Assembly: GCA_026770705.1 (NCBI GenBank)
Contig: JANJGN010000034.1
Coordinates: 17,484,001 to 17,548,000 of the forward strand
Reading direction: 5' to 3'
Length of the DNA stretch: 64,000 nt
From: Isurus oxyrinchus
Taxonomy: Eukaryota
This document shows, piece after piece, positions 26,235 through 37,900 of this stretch (positions are counted from its first letter, which is position 1; each line of letters begins with the position of its first letter). Below the pieces are notes generated by a model. It was given only the letters and a program-made list of their open reading frames with translations. It was not told the DNA's origin and ran no database searches. The position numbers and the translations under genes are program-made.

Positions 26235-29200
26235 TGAGTTCGAGTCCAAGAAAGAGTTGAAATATAAGCTTAATTAATGTGTGTTTGTGGGGGGCGGAGA
26301 GATAGAGAGATAGAGAGGTGGGGGGGGTGTGGTTGTAGGGACAAACAAGCAGTGATAGAAGCAGATCATCAAAAGATGTCAACGACAATGGTACAATAGA
26401 ACACATAGGTGTTAAAGTTGGTGATATTATCTAAATGAATGTGCTAATTAAGAATGGATGGTAGGGCACTCAAGGTATAGTTCTAGTGGGGGAGTTTTTT
26501 TATATAATGGAAATAGGTGGGAGAAGGAAAATCTTTATAATTTATTGGAAAAAAAAAAAGAAAGGGGGAAACAGAAAGGGGGTGGGGATGGGGGAGGGAG
26601 CTCACGACCTAAAGTTGTTGAATTCAATATTCAGTCCGGAAGGCTGTAAAGTGCCTAGTCGGAAGATGAGGTTTTGTTCCTCCAGTTTGCGTTGGGCTTC
26701 ACTGGAACAATGCAGCAAGCCAAGGACAGACATGTGGGCAAGAGAGCATGGTGGAGTGTTAAAATGGCAGGAGGTTTGGGTCATTCTTGCAGACAGACCG
26801 CAGGTGTTCTGCAAAGCGGTCGCCCAGTTTACGTTTGGTCTCTCCAATGTAGAGGAGACCACATTGGGAGCAACGAATGCAGTAGACTAAGTTGGGGGAA
26901 ATGCAAGTGAAATGCTGCTTCACTTGAAAGGTGTATTTGGGTCCTTGGACGGTGAGGACAGAGGAAGTGAAGGGGCAGGTGTTGCATCTTTTGCGTGGGC
27001 ATGGGGTGGTGCCATAGGAGGGGGTTGAGGAGTAGGGAGTGATGGAGGAGTGGACCAGGGTGTCCCGGAGGGAGCGATCCCTACGGAATGCCGATAAGGG
27101 GGGTGAAGGGAAGATGTGTTTGGTGGTGGCATCATGCTGGAGTTGGCGGAAATGGCGGAGGATGATCCTTTGAATGCGGAGGCTGATGGGGTGATAAGCG
27201 AGGACAAGGGGGACCCTATCATGTTTTGGGAGGGAGGAGAAGGCGTGAGGGCGGATGCGCGGGAGATGGGCCGGACACGGTTGAGGGCCCTGTCAACAAC
27301 CGTGGGTGGAAAACCTCGGTTAAGGAAGAAGGAGGACATGTCAGAGGAACTGTTTTTGAAGGTAGCCTCATCGGAACAAATACGACGGAGGCGAAGGAAC
27401 TGAGAGAATGGGATGGAGTCCTTACAGGAAGCGGGGTGTGAGGAGCTGTAATCGAGATAGCTGTGGGAGTCGGTGGGTTTGTAATGGATATTGGTGGACA
27501 GTCTATCACCAGAGATTGAGACAGAGAGGTCAAGGAAGGGAAGGGAAGTGTCAGAGATGGACCAAGTGAAAATGATGGAGGGGTGGAGATTGGAAGCAAA
27601 ATTAATGAATTTTTCCAAGTCCCGACGAGAGCATGAAGCGGCACCGAAGTAATCATCGATGTACCGGAGAAAGAGTTGTGGAAGGGGGCCTGAGTAGGAC
27701 TGCAACAAGGAATGTTCCACATACCCCATAAAGAGGCAGGCATAGCTGGGGCCCATGCGGGTACCCATAGCCACACCTTTTATTTAGAGGAAGTGAGAGG
27801 AGTTGAAGGAGAAATTGTTCAGTGTGAGAACAAGTTCAGCCAGACGGAGGAGAGTAGTGGTGGATGGGGATTGTTCGGGCCTCTGTTCGAGGAAGAAGCT
27901 AAGGGCCCTCAGACCATCCTGGTGGGGGATGGAGGTGTAGAGGGATTGGACGTCCATGGTGAAGAGGAAGCGGTTGGAGCCAGGGAACTGGAAATTGTTG
28001 ATGTGACGTAAGGTGTCAGAGGAATCACGGATGTAGGTGGGAAGGGACTGGACAAGGGGAGAGAGAAGGGAGTCAAGATAACGAGAAATGAGTTCTGTGG
28101 GGCAGGAGCAAGCTGAGACGATCGGTCTACCGGGGCAGTTCTGTTTGTGGATTTTGGGGAGGAGATAGAAGCGGGCCATCCGAGGTTGGGCGACTATCAG
28201 GTTGGAAGCTGTGGGAGGGAGATCCCCAGAGGAGATGAGGTCAGTGACAGTCCTGGAAACAATGGCTTGATGTTCAGTGGTGGGGTCATGGTCCAGGGAG
28301 AGGTAGGAGGAAGTGTCTGCGAGTTGACGCTCAGCCTCCGCGAGGTAGAGGTCAGTGCGCCAGACAACAACAGCGCCACCCTTGTCAGCGGGTTTGATGA
28401 CAATGTCAGGGTTGGACCTGAGAGAATGGAGTGCAGAAAGTTCAGAGAGAGACAGGTTAGAATGGGTGAGAGGAGCAGAGAAATTGAGACGACTAATGTC
28501 GCGCCGACAGTTCTCAATGAAAAGATCGAGAGAAGGTAAGAATCCAGAGGGAGGGGTCCAAGTGGAGGGAGAATATTGGAGATGGGTAAAAGGATCCATT
28601 GAACTGGGAGAGGACTCCTGCCCAAAGAAGTGAGCCCGGAGACGAAGACGGCGGAACAAGAGTTCAGTATCATGCCGAGCCCGAAATTCATTGAGGTGAG
28701 GGCGTAAGGGTATGAAACTAAGTCCTTTGCTGAGCACTGAACGTTCAGCATCGGAGAGGGGAAGGTCAGGGGGTATAGTGAATACACGGCTGGGGTTGGG
28801 ATTGGAAGATGGGGTGGGGACGGAGGGACAGGCAGGGGTGGAGGGTCCTAGATGGGTGCTGGTGTCGATGAGTTGTTGGAGTTAGCGTTCCTTAGCACTT
28901 GAGAGAAAGAGAAAAAGTTTCTTGTTGAGGCGTCGGATGAGCCGAAGCATAAAATGAACCTGGGGGCATGCGCAGCTTTGAAAAAGGGTACGGCGGTGCT
29001 GCTGGAGGGAGAGGTCGAGTGTGTTCATATGGCAGCGCATGGCACTGAGTGTGGATTTCAGAATGTGACGGGAACAGCAGTCCGAGAAACGTTTTATGTC
29101 CCGGAGATACCTGTAATCCTGGGTGGGTTCGAAACATGAGGAGTGGAATTTCGGTTGAAATCCTCGTGGGGTAAGTCGGAGACGGAGACAGTCACTGAGA

Positions 29201-29483
29201 AAGGAGATATGGCTGTGAAAGCGGGTTTTAGTAAACACCTTGTCAAACACCAGGAGGGAAATGGAAAGCAAAGAAGGTGAGCAAGGCAACAGAGAGATAC
29301 GGAAATCTTGTCGCAGAGAGGAACAGAACTTCTTCAAGGAGGTAGGCATTTCTTGAAGAGCAGTGGCAGTCAATTAAACACAGAGATAGAAACAAAAAAA
29401 CTGCGGATGCTGGAAATCCAAAACAAAAACAGAATTACCTGGAAAAACTCAGCAGGTCTGGCAGCATTGACGGAGAAGAAAAG

Positions 29484-29522
29484 AGTTGACGTTTCGAGTC
29501 CTCATGACCCTTCGACAGAACT
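29484..29522 (-). ncRNA. Minimal hammerhead ribozyme motif in the 5' pLTR of Penelope
   Basis: Reverse complement is identical to 30287-30325. Confidence 0.7.
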
Positions 29523-30286
29523 TGAGTTCGAGTCCATGAAAGAGTTGAAATATAAGCTGGTTTAAGGTGTGTGTGTGGGGGGCGGAGAGATAGAGAGAGA
29601 GAGAGGTGGGGGTGGGGGTGTGGTTGTAGGGACAAACAAGCAGTGATAGAAGCAGATCATCAAAAGATGTCTCCTCTACATTGGAGAGACCAAACGTAAA
29701 CTGGGCGACCGCTGTCCTGTGGTCTGTCTGCAAGAATGACCCAAACCTCCCTGTCGCTTGCCATTTTAACACTCCACCCTGCTCTCTTGCCCACATGTCT
29801 GTCCTTGGCTTGCTGCATTGTTCCAGTGAAGCCCAACGCAAACTGGAGGAACAACACCTCATCTTCCGACTAGGCACCTTACAGCCTTCCGGTCTGAATA
29901 TTGAATTCAACAACTTTAGGTCGTGAGCTCCCTCCCCCATCCCCACCCCCTTTCTGTTTTCCCCTTTCTTTTTTTTTTCCAATAAATTATAAAGATTTTC
30001 CTTCTCCCACCTATTTCCATTATATAAAAAAGCACCCCCACTAGAGCTATACCTTGAGTGCCCTACCATCCATTCTTAATTAGCACATTCGTTTAGATAA
30101 TATCACCAACTTTAACTTTAACACCTATGTGTTCTATTGTACCATTGTCGTTGACATCTTTTGATGATCTGCTTCTATCACTGCTTGTTTGTCCCTACAA
30201 CCACACCCCCCCTCTCTATCTCTCCGCCCCCCACACACACACCTTAAACCAGCTTATATTTCAACTCTTTCTTGGACTTGAACTCA

Positions 30287-30325
30287 AGTTCTGTCGAAGG
30301 GTCATGAGGACTCGAAACGTCAACT
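30287..30325 (+). ncRNA. Minimal type I hammerhead ribozyme motif in the Penelope pLTR (inverted arm)
   Basis: agtt-CTGTCGA-A-GGGTC-atgag-GACTC-GAAAC-GTC-aact: stem I agtt/aact, stem II GGGTC/GACTC, palindromic ACGT stem III; A6>U core variant. Confidence 0.7.
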
Positions 30326-31360
30326 CTTTTCTTCTCCGCCAATGCTGCCAGACCTGCTGAGTTTTTCCAGGTAATTCTGTTTTTGCCAGCTTAAAGTAAC
30401 CTGGTGTGGAGCAACACTGATGCATTGTGAGCACCCTATCTACTTAGGAGTCACCCTTGACCGATGCCTCACCTGCAAGAACCACATCGAAAAGACAAAC
30501 GCAAAAGTGAGCGCACGAAACAACATCCTCAATAAGCTCACTAACACAAAATGGGGAGCAAGCCCGAAAACATCGCGAACCAGTGCACTTGCTCTTTGCT
30601 ATTCCACTGCCGAATACACCTGCCCTGTGTGGGAAAGATCTTCTCACACTAAGAAGATGGATGCCGTTCTGAATGCAAGCTGCCGACTTATCACAGGTTG
30701 TTTAAAACCAACAAACACCAACAGCGTATATATCCTGGCGGTAATCGCTTCCCCTGATATAAGAAGAACGGTAGCCAGCAAGAAAGAACAACTCCATCAA
30801 ACATCAAATGAGAGTCACCCGCTACATGGTCATACACGTAAAGCCAGCTGCCTAAAGTCAAGGAAGAGCTTCATGAACCTTACAAACAACCCCATCTGAA
30901 GCCCGCATCGCCTTGTGGAAAGACCGGCTCGCCAGGCTCGAACAATCCCCAGGGATGGAAATTCTACCAGATGAAATCATTCCCCCAGGAGCTAATTGCA
31001 ACTGGGCAACCTGGAAGTCCCTTAACAGACTTAGGGCTGGTGTAGGTCATTCAGAGGTCACTAAGCAAATGGGGATATACAACCAGCCCGACAACTTGTG
31101 AATGTGGAACTGAGTCACAGACTATGCAACATCTCCTGCAATGCCTATCGCTAGAGGAACCCTGCACTGTTGCAGATGTTGCCGAATTCAACAACAAGGC
31201 ACAAAAACATGTCCAGTTCTGGCTGGGCCATGTATAGACTGTCCGTGGACACGATAAGAAGACTTCCAAATAGTGGCCATGGGATATTTTACACTTACCA
31301 AGGGGGCAGATGTGGACCTTGGTTTAAAATTTCACCTGAAGGCCGGCATCTCCTTTGGCA

Positions 31361-31742
31361 CCGATCCTCCGACAGCGCGGCGCCCACTCAGTCTCGACCC
31401 TCTGACAGCGCGGTGCCCCCTCAGTACGGAGCCTCCGACAGCACGGACCGCCCTATGTACTGACCCTCTGACAGAGCGGACCCCCCTCAATACTGATCCT
31501 CTGACAGTGCAGCGCCCCCTCAGTACTGACCCTCCGACAGCACGGCGCCCCCTTGGTACTGACCCTCCGACAGCGCGGAGCCCCCTCAGTACTGACCCTC
31601 CGACAGCGCGGAGCCCCCTCAGTACTGACCCTCCGACAGCACAGCGCCCCCTCAGTACTGACCCTCCGACAGCGCGGAGCCCCCTCAGTACTGACCCTCC
31701 GACAGCGCGGAGCCCCCTCAGTACTGACCCTCCGACAGCGCG
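31361..31742. repeat. 33-bp minisatellite, ~11 copies
   Basis: Direct tandem repeat. Confidence 0.95.
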
Positions 31743-31800
31743 GGTCCTGCTCTGTGTCCAATGAGGATGAGGAGGGCGGGTCCTGCTCTGTTATTCTCTG
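31741..31800 (+). promoter_or_regulatory. Proximal promoter of copy B (one CCAAT, one GC box, no kB site), fused directly to the 33-bp minisatellite
   Basis: ccgacagcg|cgggtcctgctctgtgtCCAATgaggatgaggaGGGCGGG; the upstream part seen in the other units is missing. Confidence 0.6.
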
Positions 31801-31935
31801 TCTGGCGGGTCCTTTAACTTCACCGGAGCGGAGTCGGTGAGAGCGGGGACTCGCCCGGTAAATTTCTCTATCACACCCGGAAAATCAACCGGGATCTCCC
31901 CCACTGGACTCTCCCTGATCCCGGTGTGGACCTGA

Positions 31936-34900
31936 ATGGATGGAAAGGAGCTGCAGGTACCGGCAGAGCCTCAGAGTGGGGGGACCGTGGGTCCGGGTGT
32001 CGGGGGGACCGGGAATGGGGGGGGTTTGGATGCGGGTGAAATGTTGGGAAAAAGGAAACTGAACTGATCCGCGATCTGGGGAAAACATTAAAAAATGGAA
32101 CTGGGATCGGGAGGGAGAAACTCAGCAGGTCTGACAGCGTCTGTGGAGACGAAAACAGTTAATGTTTCCAGTCCGAATAACTCTTCAACAGAGCGAAGGA
32201 GAAATAGAAGAGGTGAAATATAAGCTGGTTTGGGGGGGGGGGGGGGGGGGGAAGGGTGGTGGCGAGAGCAGTGTGGGGGAGGGGGGTGGTGGTGTTGGTT
32301 GTAGGGACAAGCAGGCAGTGATCGGATCAGATAATCAAAAGATGTCACAGGCAAAAGAAAAAAGAGGTGTTAAAGGTGGTGATATTACCTAAACGAATGT
32401 GCTAATTAAGAATGGATGGCAGGACACACAAGGTACAGCTCTAGTGGGGTTGGGGTGGAATAAGACCAACAGGGCATTAAAGGTATAGATTTAAAAATAA
32501 TGGAAATAGGTGGGAAAAGGAAAATCTATATAAATTATTGGAAAAAACAGAAAGGGGGTGGGGATGGAGGTGGGAGTTCAAGATCTAAAGTTGTTGAATT
32601 CAGTATTCAGTCCGGAAGGCTGTAAAGTGCCTAGTCGGAAGATGAGGTGTTTTTCCTCCAGATTGCATTGAGTTTCACTGGAACAATGCAGCAGATCAAG
32701 GACAATCATGTGGGCAAGAGAGCAGGGTGGAGTGTTAAAATGGCAAGCGACAGGGAGGTTTGGGTCATTCTTGTGGACAGACCGCAGGTGTTCTGCAAAG
32801 CAGTCACCCAGTTTGCGTCTGGTCTCTCCGATGTAGAGGAGACCGCATTGGGAGCAACGAATGCAGTAGACTAAGTTGGGGGAAATGCAAGTAAAAGGCT
32901 GTTTCATGTGAAAGGAGTATTTGGGTCCTTGGACGGTGAGGAGAGAGGAAGTGAAGGGGCAGGTGGTGCATCTTTTGCGTGGGCATGGGGAGGTGCCATA
33001 GGTGGGGGTTGAGGAGTAGGGAGTGATGGAGGAGTGGACCAGGGTGTCCCGGAGGGAGCGATCACTACGGAATGCCGATAAGGGGGGTGAAGGGAAGATG
33101 TGTTTGGTGTTGGCATCATGCTGGAGTTGGCGGAAATGGCGGAGGATGATCCTTTGAAAGCGGAGACTGGTGGGGTGATAAGTGAGGACAAGGGGGACCC
33201 TATCATGTTTCTGGGAGGGAGGAGAAGGCGTGAAGGCGGATGCGTAGGAGATGGGCTGGACACAGCTGAGGGCCCTGTCAACGACCGTGAGTGACCTGTT
33301 GAAATGGGATTCAGCCTCAGTGCGCATGCTCCTCTCCGGGGCCCGGCCCCTTTCTCCAGCTCCCGGGCGCATGCGCGGCACCAGTCAATCTTCACCCGTG
33401 GGCAGGCCATAAACCCGCGCATGCGCCTATCCCGGCCCAGTCCCATCATCAACCTGATCAGCAAGTGAACCTGTTGTAAAGGGGGTAACTGTGTTTTCTT
33501 GTTGCAGGGACACAACTTACAGAAGCTACTCCTGCTGCTTCTCAATGTTGTTGCTGCTGTTTCAGGTAAGTGCTCTAACTGCTGGAACATTTCAGCAGTG
33601 ATCAAAGGGAGGGGGGAAACAGGAATTCATCTTGCTTTAAGGAGCTGTGTGTACTGCAAGTGGAGCCATTGAGGGAGTGGACACAGTAGGTTCACATCAC
33701 ACATCATGATCCTGAGAACTGAAAGGAAGGCAGTTAATGTCTTTAGATTAACCCCTGTGATGTAAACTGTGGGACACTGAACAACACTCGGTGACACTGG
33801 GATGGGTGACTGGTATCAAGTGGGCTTGGGATGGGGTCCTGAGCACTGGGATCAGGAGTCTGGGACATTCCTGGGATCAAATAGAACTGGGAATTGTTTT
33901 GGAACTGGGAATTGTTTTGGAGTAGGGACTTCAGGACTGGGGAATTGGGCTTTGATTCCTGGGAGTGGGCAGAGTCCACCGATATTGGGGGGGAGGACCA
34001 AGGTCTGACATGTTAGTGATGGAGGGAGGTAAGGATCCATATTGCCTCAGCCCCTTTCAGACAATCAGGTTCTGCCTCCCCCTACACGGTGCACTCGTCC
34101 GTCACTGTTCCCCAATCTGTCCAAAACCACTTCCACATGCTCAGGTACCCCCTCCCCACCCATTCCTGTCTTTACGTTTCAGGGTCAGTTTTATGTTCCT
34201 GTGCTCCACCTCACATTGTGCTCCTCCAGCCTGTGATTTTTCTCCCAAGGGGAGGTGACCAATATCCAGATGTGTTCTCCCAGCATGTGTACAAATGAAA
34301 AACATGTGATTCAAAGTGCTGTCCAACTGCTCTGTGCTTACAAATCTCCAGCACAAGCTGGTTTTAGTTGAAGGCCCTTAATTCCTGAGCTTTATCCTTC
34401 CCACAGAAATGAAAGCAGTGAGTTATTGATCAGTGTTCCTTGTAAACTGAGCATCACATTGTAAGCAGGTGAAACATGGGTTGTATTGTACCAGCAGGGA
34501 GGTTATATCTGTTGATAAATACTTTCAATCCTTTCCAGGTAACTTGCCTGTCCCAGTTTCTGGGTTCCTTGGGGAGCAGGTTGTGCTGCCCTGTACCTAC
34601 AAAGTGAATGTCCCAGTCTCTGATTTACTGGTAGTCTGGGAGACAGCCAAGGGTGAAATTTTACAGATGTTCATCGCTGGGAATGAGGATTTGACAGAAC
34701 AAGATCCACGATTCAGAAACAGAACAAACCTGTTCAAAGATCAACTGGGACAAGGCAACTGGTCAGTTCTGATCTCTGACCTCAGGGAGTCAGACCAGAA
34801 CCAGTATATATGTGACATTTACAAGAGGATAGCTGTGGGTTATGACTCGGAGCAAACTGATATCATCCATCTTTCTGTGACAGGTGAGAGGTTTCTGCTT

Positions 34901-37900
34901 CAGGTATTCTGTATTTCATCTCTGTATGGGTTCGGTAATTCAGTGGTTATGTTACTAGACTAGTAATACAGAGGCCTGGACTAATAATCCAGAGGTTGAG
35001 AGTTCAAATCCCAGCATGGCACTTCCAGAATTTAAAATCAGTTTATTAAATAAAAATCTGGAAATATAAAGTTAGTTGCAATAAAAGTGACCCTGAAGCT
35101 GTTGGATTGTTGTAAAACCCCAACTGGTTCATGAATGTCCCTTGAGGGAAGGAAACCTGCTGTCCTTACCCAGTCCCACCGTAAACTGGTTGGTTCAGCT
35201 GGCCTAGGAGGTCAGAGGGCAGTTAAAAATGAATTGATATCAAACCATTGGAAAGAAAGAATAGAATAAAACTGAATCATCACTGGCTTCACCCCGGGCA
35301 TCGAATCAGGAAACAACACAGACAAACCCAGGCCAGTTGACATTGCAAAGTCCCCTCAGTAACATCTGGGGACTGGTGTCCAAGTTGGGAGAGCTGTCTG
35401 GCAGAGTCATACTGACAGGATTGACCCTGAATCCCAGTCTCCTCTGTCACCATCCCTGGGTATGTTCTGTCCAACTGGCAGGACAGTCCCACCAGAGATG
35501 CAGTATACAGTCCGGAGGGAGTAGTCCTGGGGATCCTCAACATTGACTCTGAACCCCATGAAGTCTCACATCTCCAGGTCAAACCTCCTGCTGATTATCA
35601 CCTACTGCCTCCCTCAGCTGATGAATCAGTACTCCTCCATGTTGATCACCCCTTGGAGGAAGCAGTGAGGGTGGCAAGGACACAGAATGTACTGAGTGGG
35701 GACAACACTGTCCATCACCAAGGTATGGGTCAGTAATACCATCACTGACCAAGCTGATGGGGCCCTGAAGGACAGAGCTGTCAAACTGGGTGATGGAAGG
35801 AGTTAATGAAGCTATCAAGCTGCACTCACTCTCCAGCAAAGAGCTCTGTCTGTCTTCAGATGTTGGGGTGCAGGAGGTGGGCCCCATCACACTTCTCAGG
35901 TTGCCTTTCCAAGACCCAGTGTACTTATCTTGATAGTGTATCCCAATATACCCAAGATCCTGTGGGGATTCTCTCCACAGGGGGATGTAGGCTGCTGGGA
36001 CTGATCCTGCTCAGGGTAACTCTGGAAAACTTCCATTCTACCCACCACAGTTAATGCAATCCTTTTGGATTTTTCACTCTGCCGACCCTGTTCCTGATCC
36101 TTCCCGATCAGTTTGATCCGAGTCTCGTTCCTCCCTGGATGTGTTTCCCTAATGCCCGATAGAGTCTTTGAACATTTCTGCAGTTTGTTTCACACACAAT
36201 ACTAAACACATGATGTTTTCTTTAGAGCGACCTCAAACACCTGTACCGACCACGCCTGTACCAGGTAAATCTGTTTCTAAACTACTCCATGTATTTTCAG
36301 CTCTTACATTTGAACATGCTGCAGAGACAGGGAGTAACATTGGAAGGTTTGAAATGCTGTGTGATATTTCACCATAGAATGATTCTGTGAGAGTGAGTGG
36401 TGTGGGTGACTGTTACCTGTAACTGCCCCTGAAACTACCTGGAATTGTTATTTGTGTTTGAATCTCACCTTCCTGTCTCTCAGATACAAAACTCTGAGGA
36501 TTCCTGCTTCCCACTAGCAGTCTGGAATTCTGTGTGGAAAGTGTTGGTACAATTATAACCGAACCCTCCTGTTGGGAAAATGACGGGATTGGGTGTAACA
36601 CTGATTGAAGTCAGTGGAGAGTAATATTGACCTAGGTGTAAATCTGTACTATGCCCAGGCCCGTGGTTTTCCTGATCCACAAATTAGTTTAAAATTCCTG
36701 CTCTATTGCAGCGGACTGTTGGGTTTAATTGGAGGGAGTTTGCTGCTGGTCAGTGTCCAGTTATCTCGATTGGAAAGCATGTATCCATCACATTGTGGGA
36801 CAGTGTGTGTGTGCAAAGAGCTGTGGGGTGGCCTGGTGTGTATGTGATTATTGGTATCTAACCTTCCTCCAGGACTAGAATTAATCAGAGATCTGTTTGT
36901 ACTGGGGTTGGTTGTGAAACACTAGGTGCTGAAGGTCTCTGCTGTTAGTTTTGTTAGTGTGTCCCAGTCTGTTAATGTCTTCAATCTGTCCATAGAATCT
37001 GGGCTCTCGACTGGAGCAAGAGTGGGATTGGGAATTGGAATTCTCGTTTTTCTTGCTGCAGTTATTGGTTTTGTCATCCGAAAGTGGCAAAGACGGTGAG
37101 TTCTAGAATGTTCCACGGCTCCCATTGTTAATTCCAATTTAGTTTTATTACATTTAGTGTTGCGGAAATGTTGTGTACAGTGATACACTTTGAGCTGTGT
37201 GGGATGTTTCAATGCTGCATTATCCAGTCACTTCCAGCTTGTAATCATCCTCTAGCTGCTGAACTGACGATGAGCAGGAATGTGCGGCTCCCTCTATCAC
37301 ACAGTTAATAGACACTCGCCGAATCTCTGTACCAAAGAACTCACCAGCCGACATCCAAAATCCCCTTGTTGCCTCTCCTCTGGTTTTTCTCCACCCTCTG
37401 ATCCTTGCTCTGTTCCCCAGTCACTGACTCCATCCCCCTCTGTCAGCTTCAGCTCATCGAAAACTCTGCTGCCCCACATCCTAACTTACCCCAAGTCCTG
37501 TTCACCCTCACACCCTCTGCTCACTCACCTACATTCATCCCCCTGTTCAAACTCCCCGATGGCCTCAGCCCCCCCCTACCCCTTTTAACTCCTCCTGGGC
37601 CGACAGCCTTTGAGATGCCTGTGCTCATCTATCTGGCCTCTTGACCATCCCCTGATTTCCATCACTCCATCATTGGCGGCCGTGACGTCAGCTGCCTGGG
37701 CCCTAAGCTCTGGAATTCCCTCCCTAAACCTCTCTTTTTCAGGCACTCTTTAAAATCTACCACCTTTTGATCAAGACTTTGGTCACCTGTCCTAATATCT
37801 CCTTATGTGGCTTACACATTCCCCTGTTAGGCAGCTTTGGACAATAAGGATGCTATATAAATGCAAGTTGTTGCTCAATCTCAGCACCCTGTGTCCCGGC

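Larger units (their letters stand above)
26100..30383 (-). mobile_element. Near-full-length Penelope-like element (RT + GIY-YIG) with pseudo-LTR direct repeat and 5' inversion
   Basis: Interrupted ORF about 29349 to 26602 (IKPADKGG, YLLPKIHK..PGRPIVS, MDVQSLYTSI, GVAMG, YIDD, GIY-YIG end HLIFRLGTLQPSGLN-like). The terminal repeat at 26100 recurs at about 29385-29668, and 29669-30383 is inverted. 15-bp TSD tgccagcttaaagta at 26085-26099 and 30384-30398. Stops at 28882 and 27784 plus frameshifts. Confidence 0.93.
26018..31261 (+). mobile_element. Vingi-like LINE fragment interrupted by the Penelope insertion (26018-26099 + 30384-31261)
   Basis: Colinear with the other copies once 26100-30383 and one TSD copy are removed. 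Confidence 0.8.

Noticed and set aside
34539-34920. Rearranging Ig/TCR/NAR V segment
   Set aside because: The exon includes its own G strand and ends in a splice donor. No heptamer-spacer-nonamer follows, and the motif pattern is B7/BTN-like.
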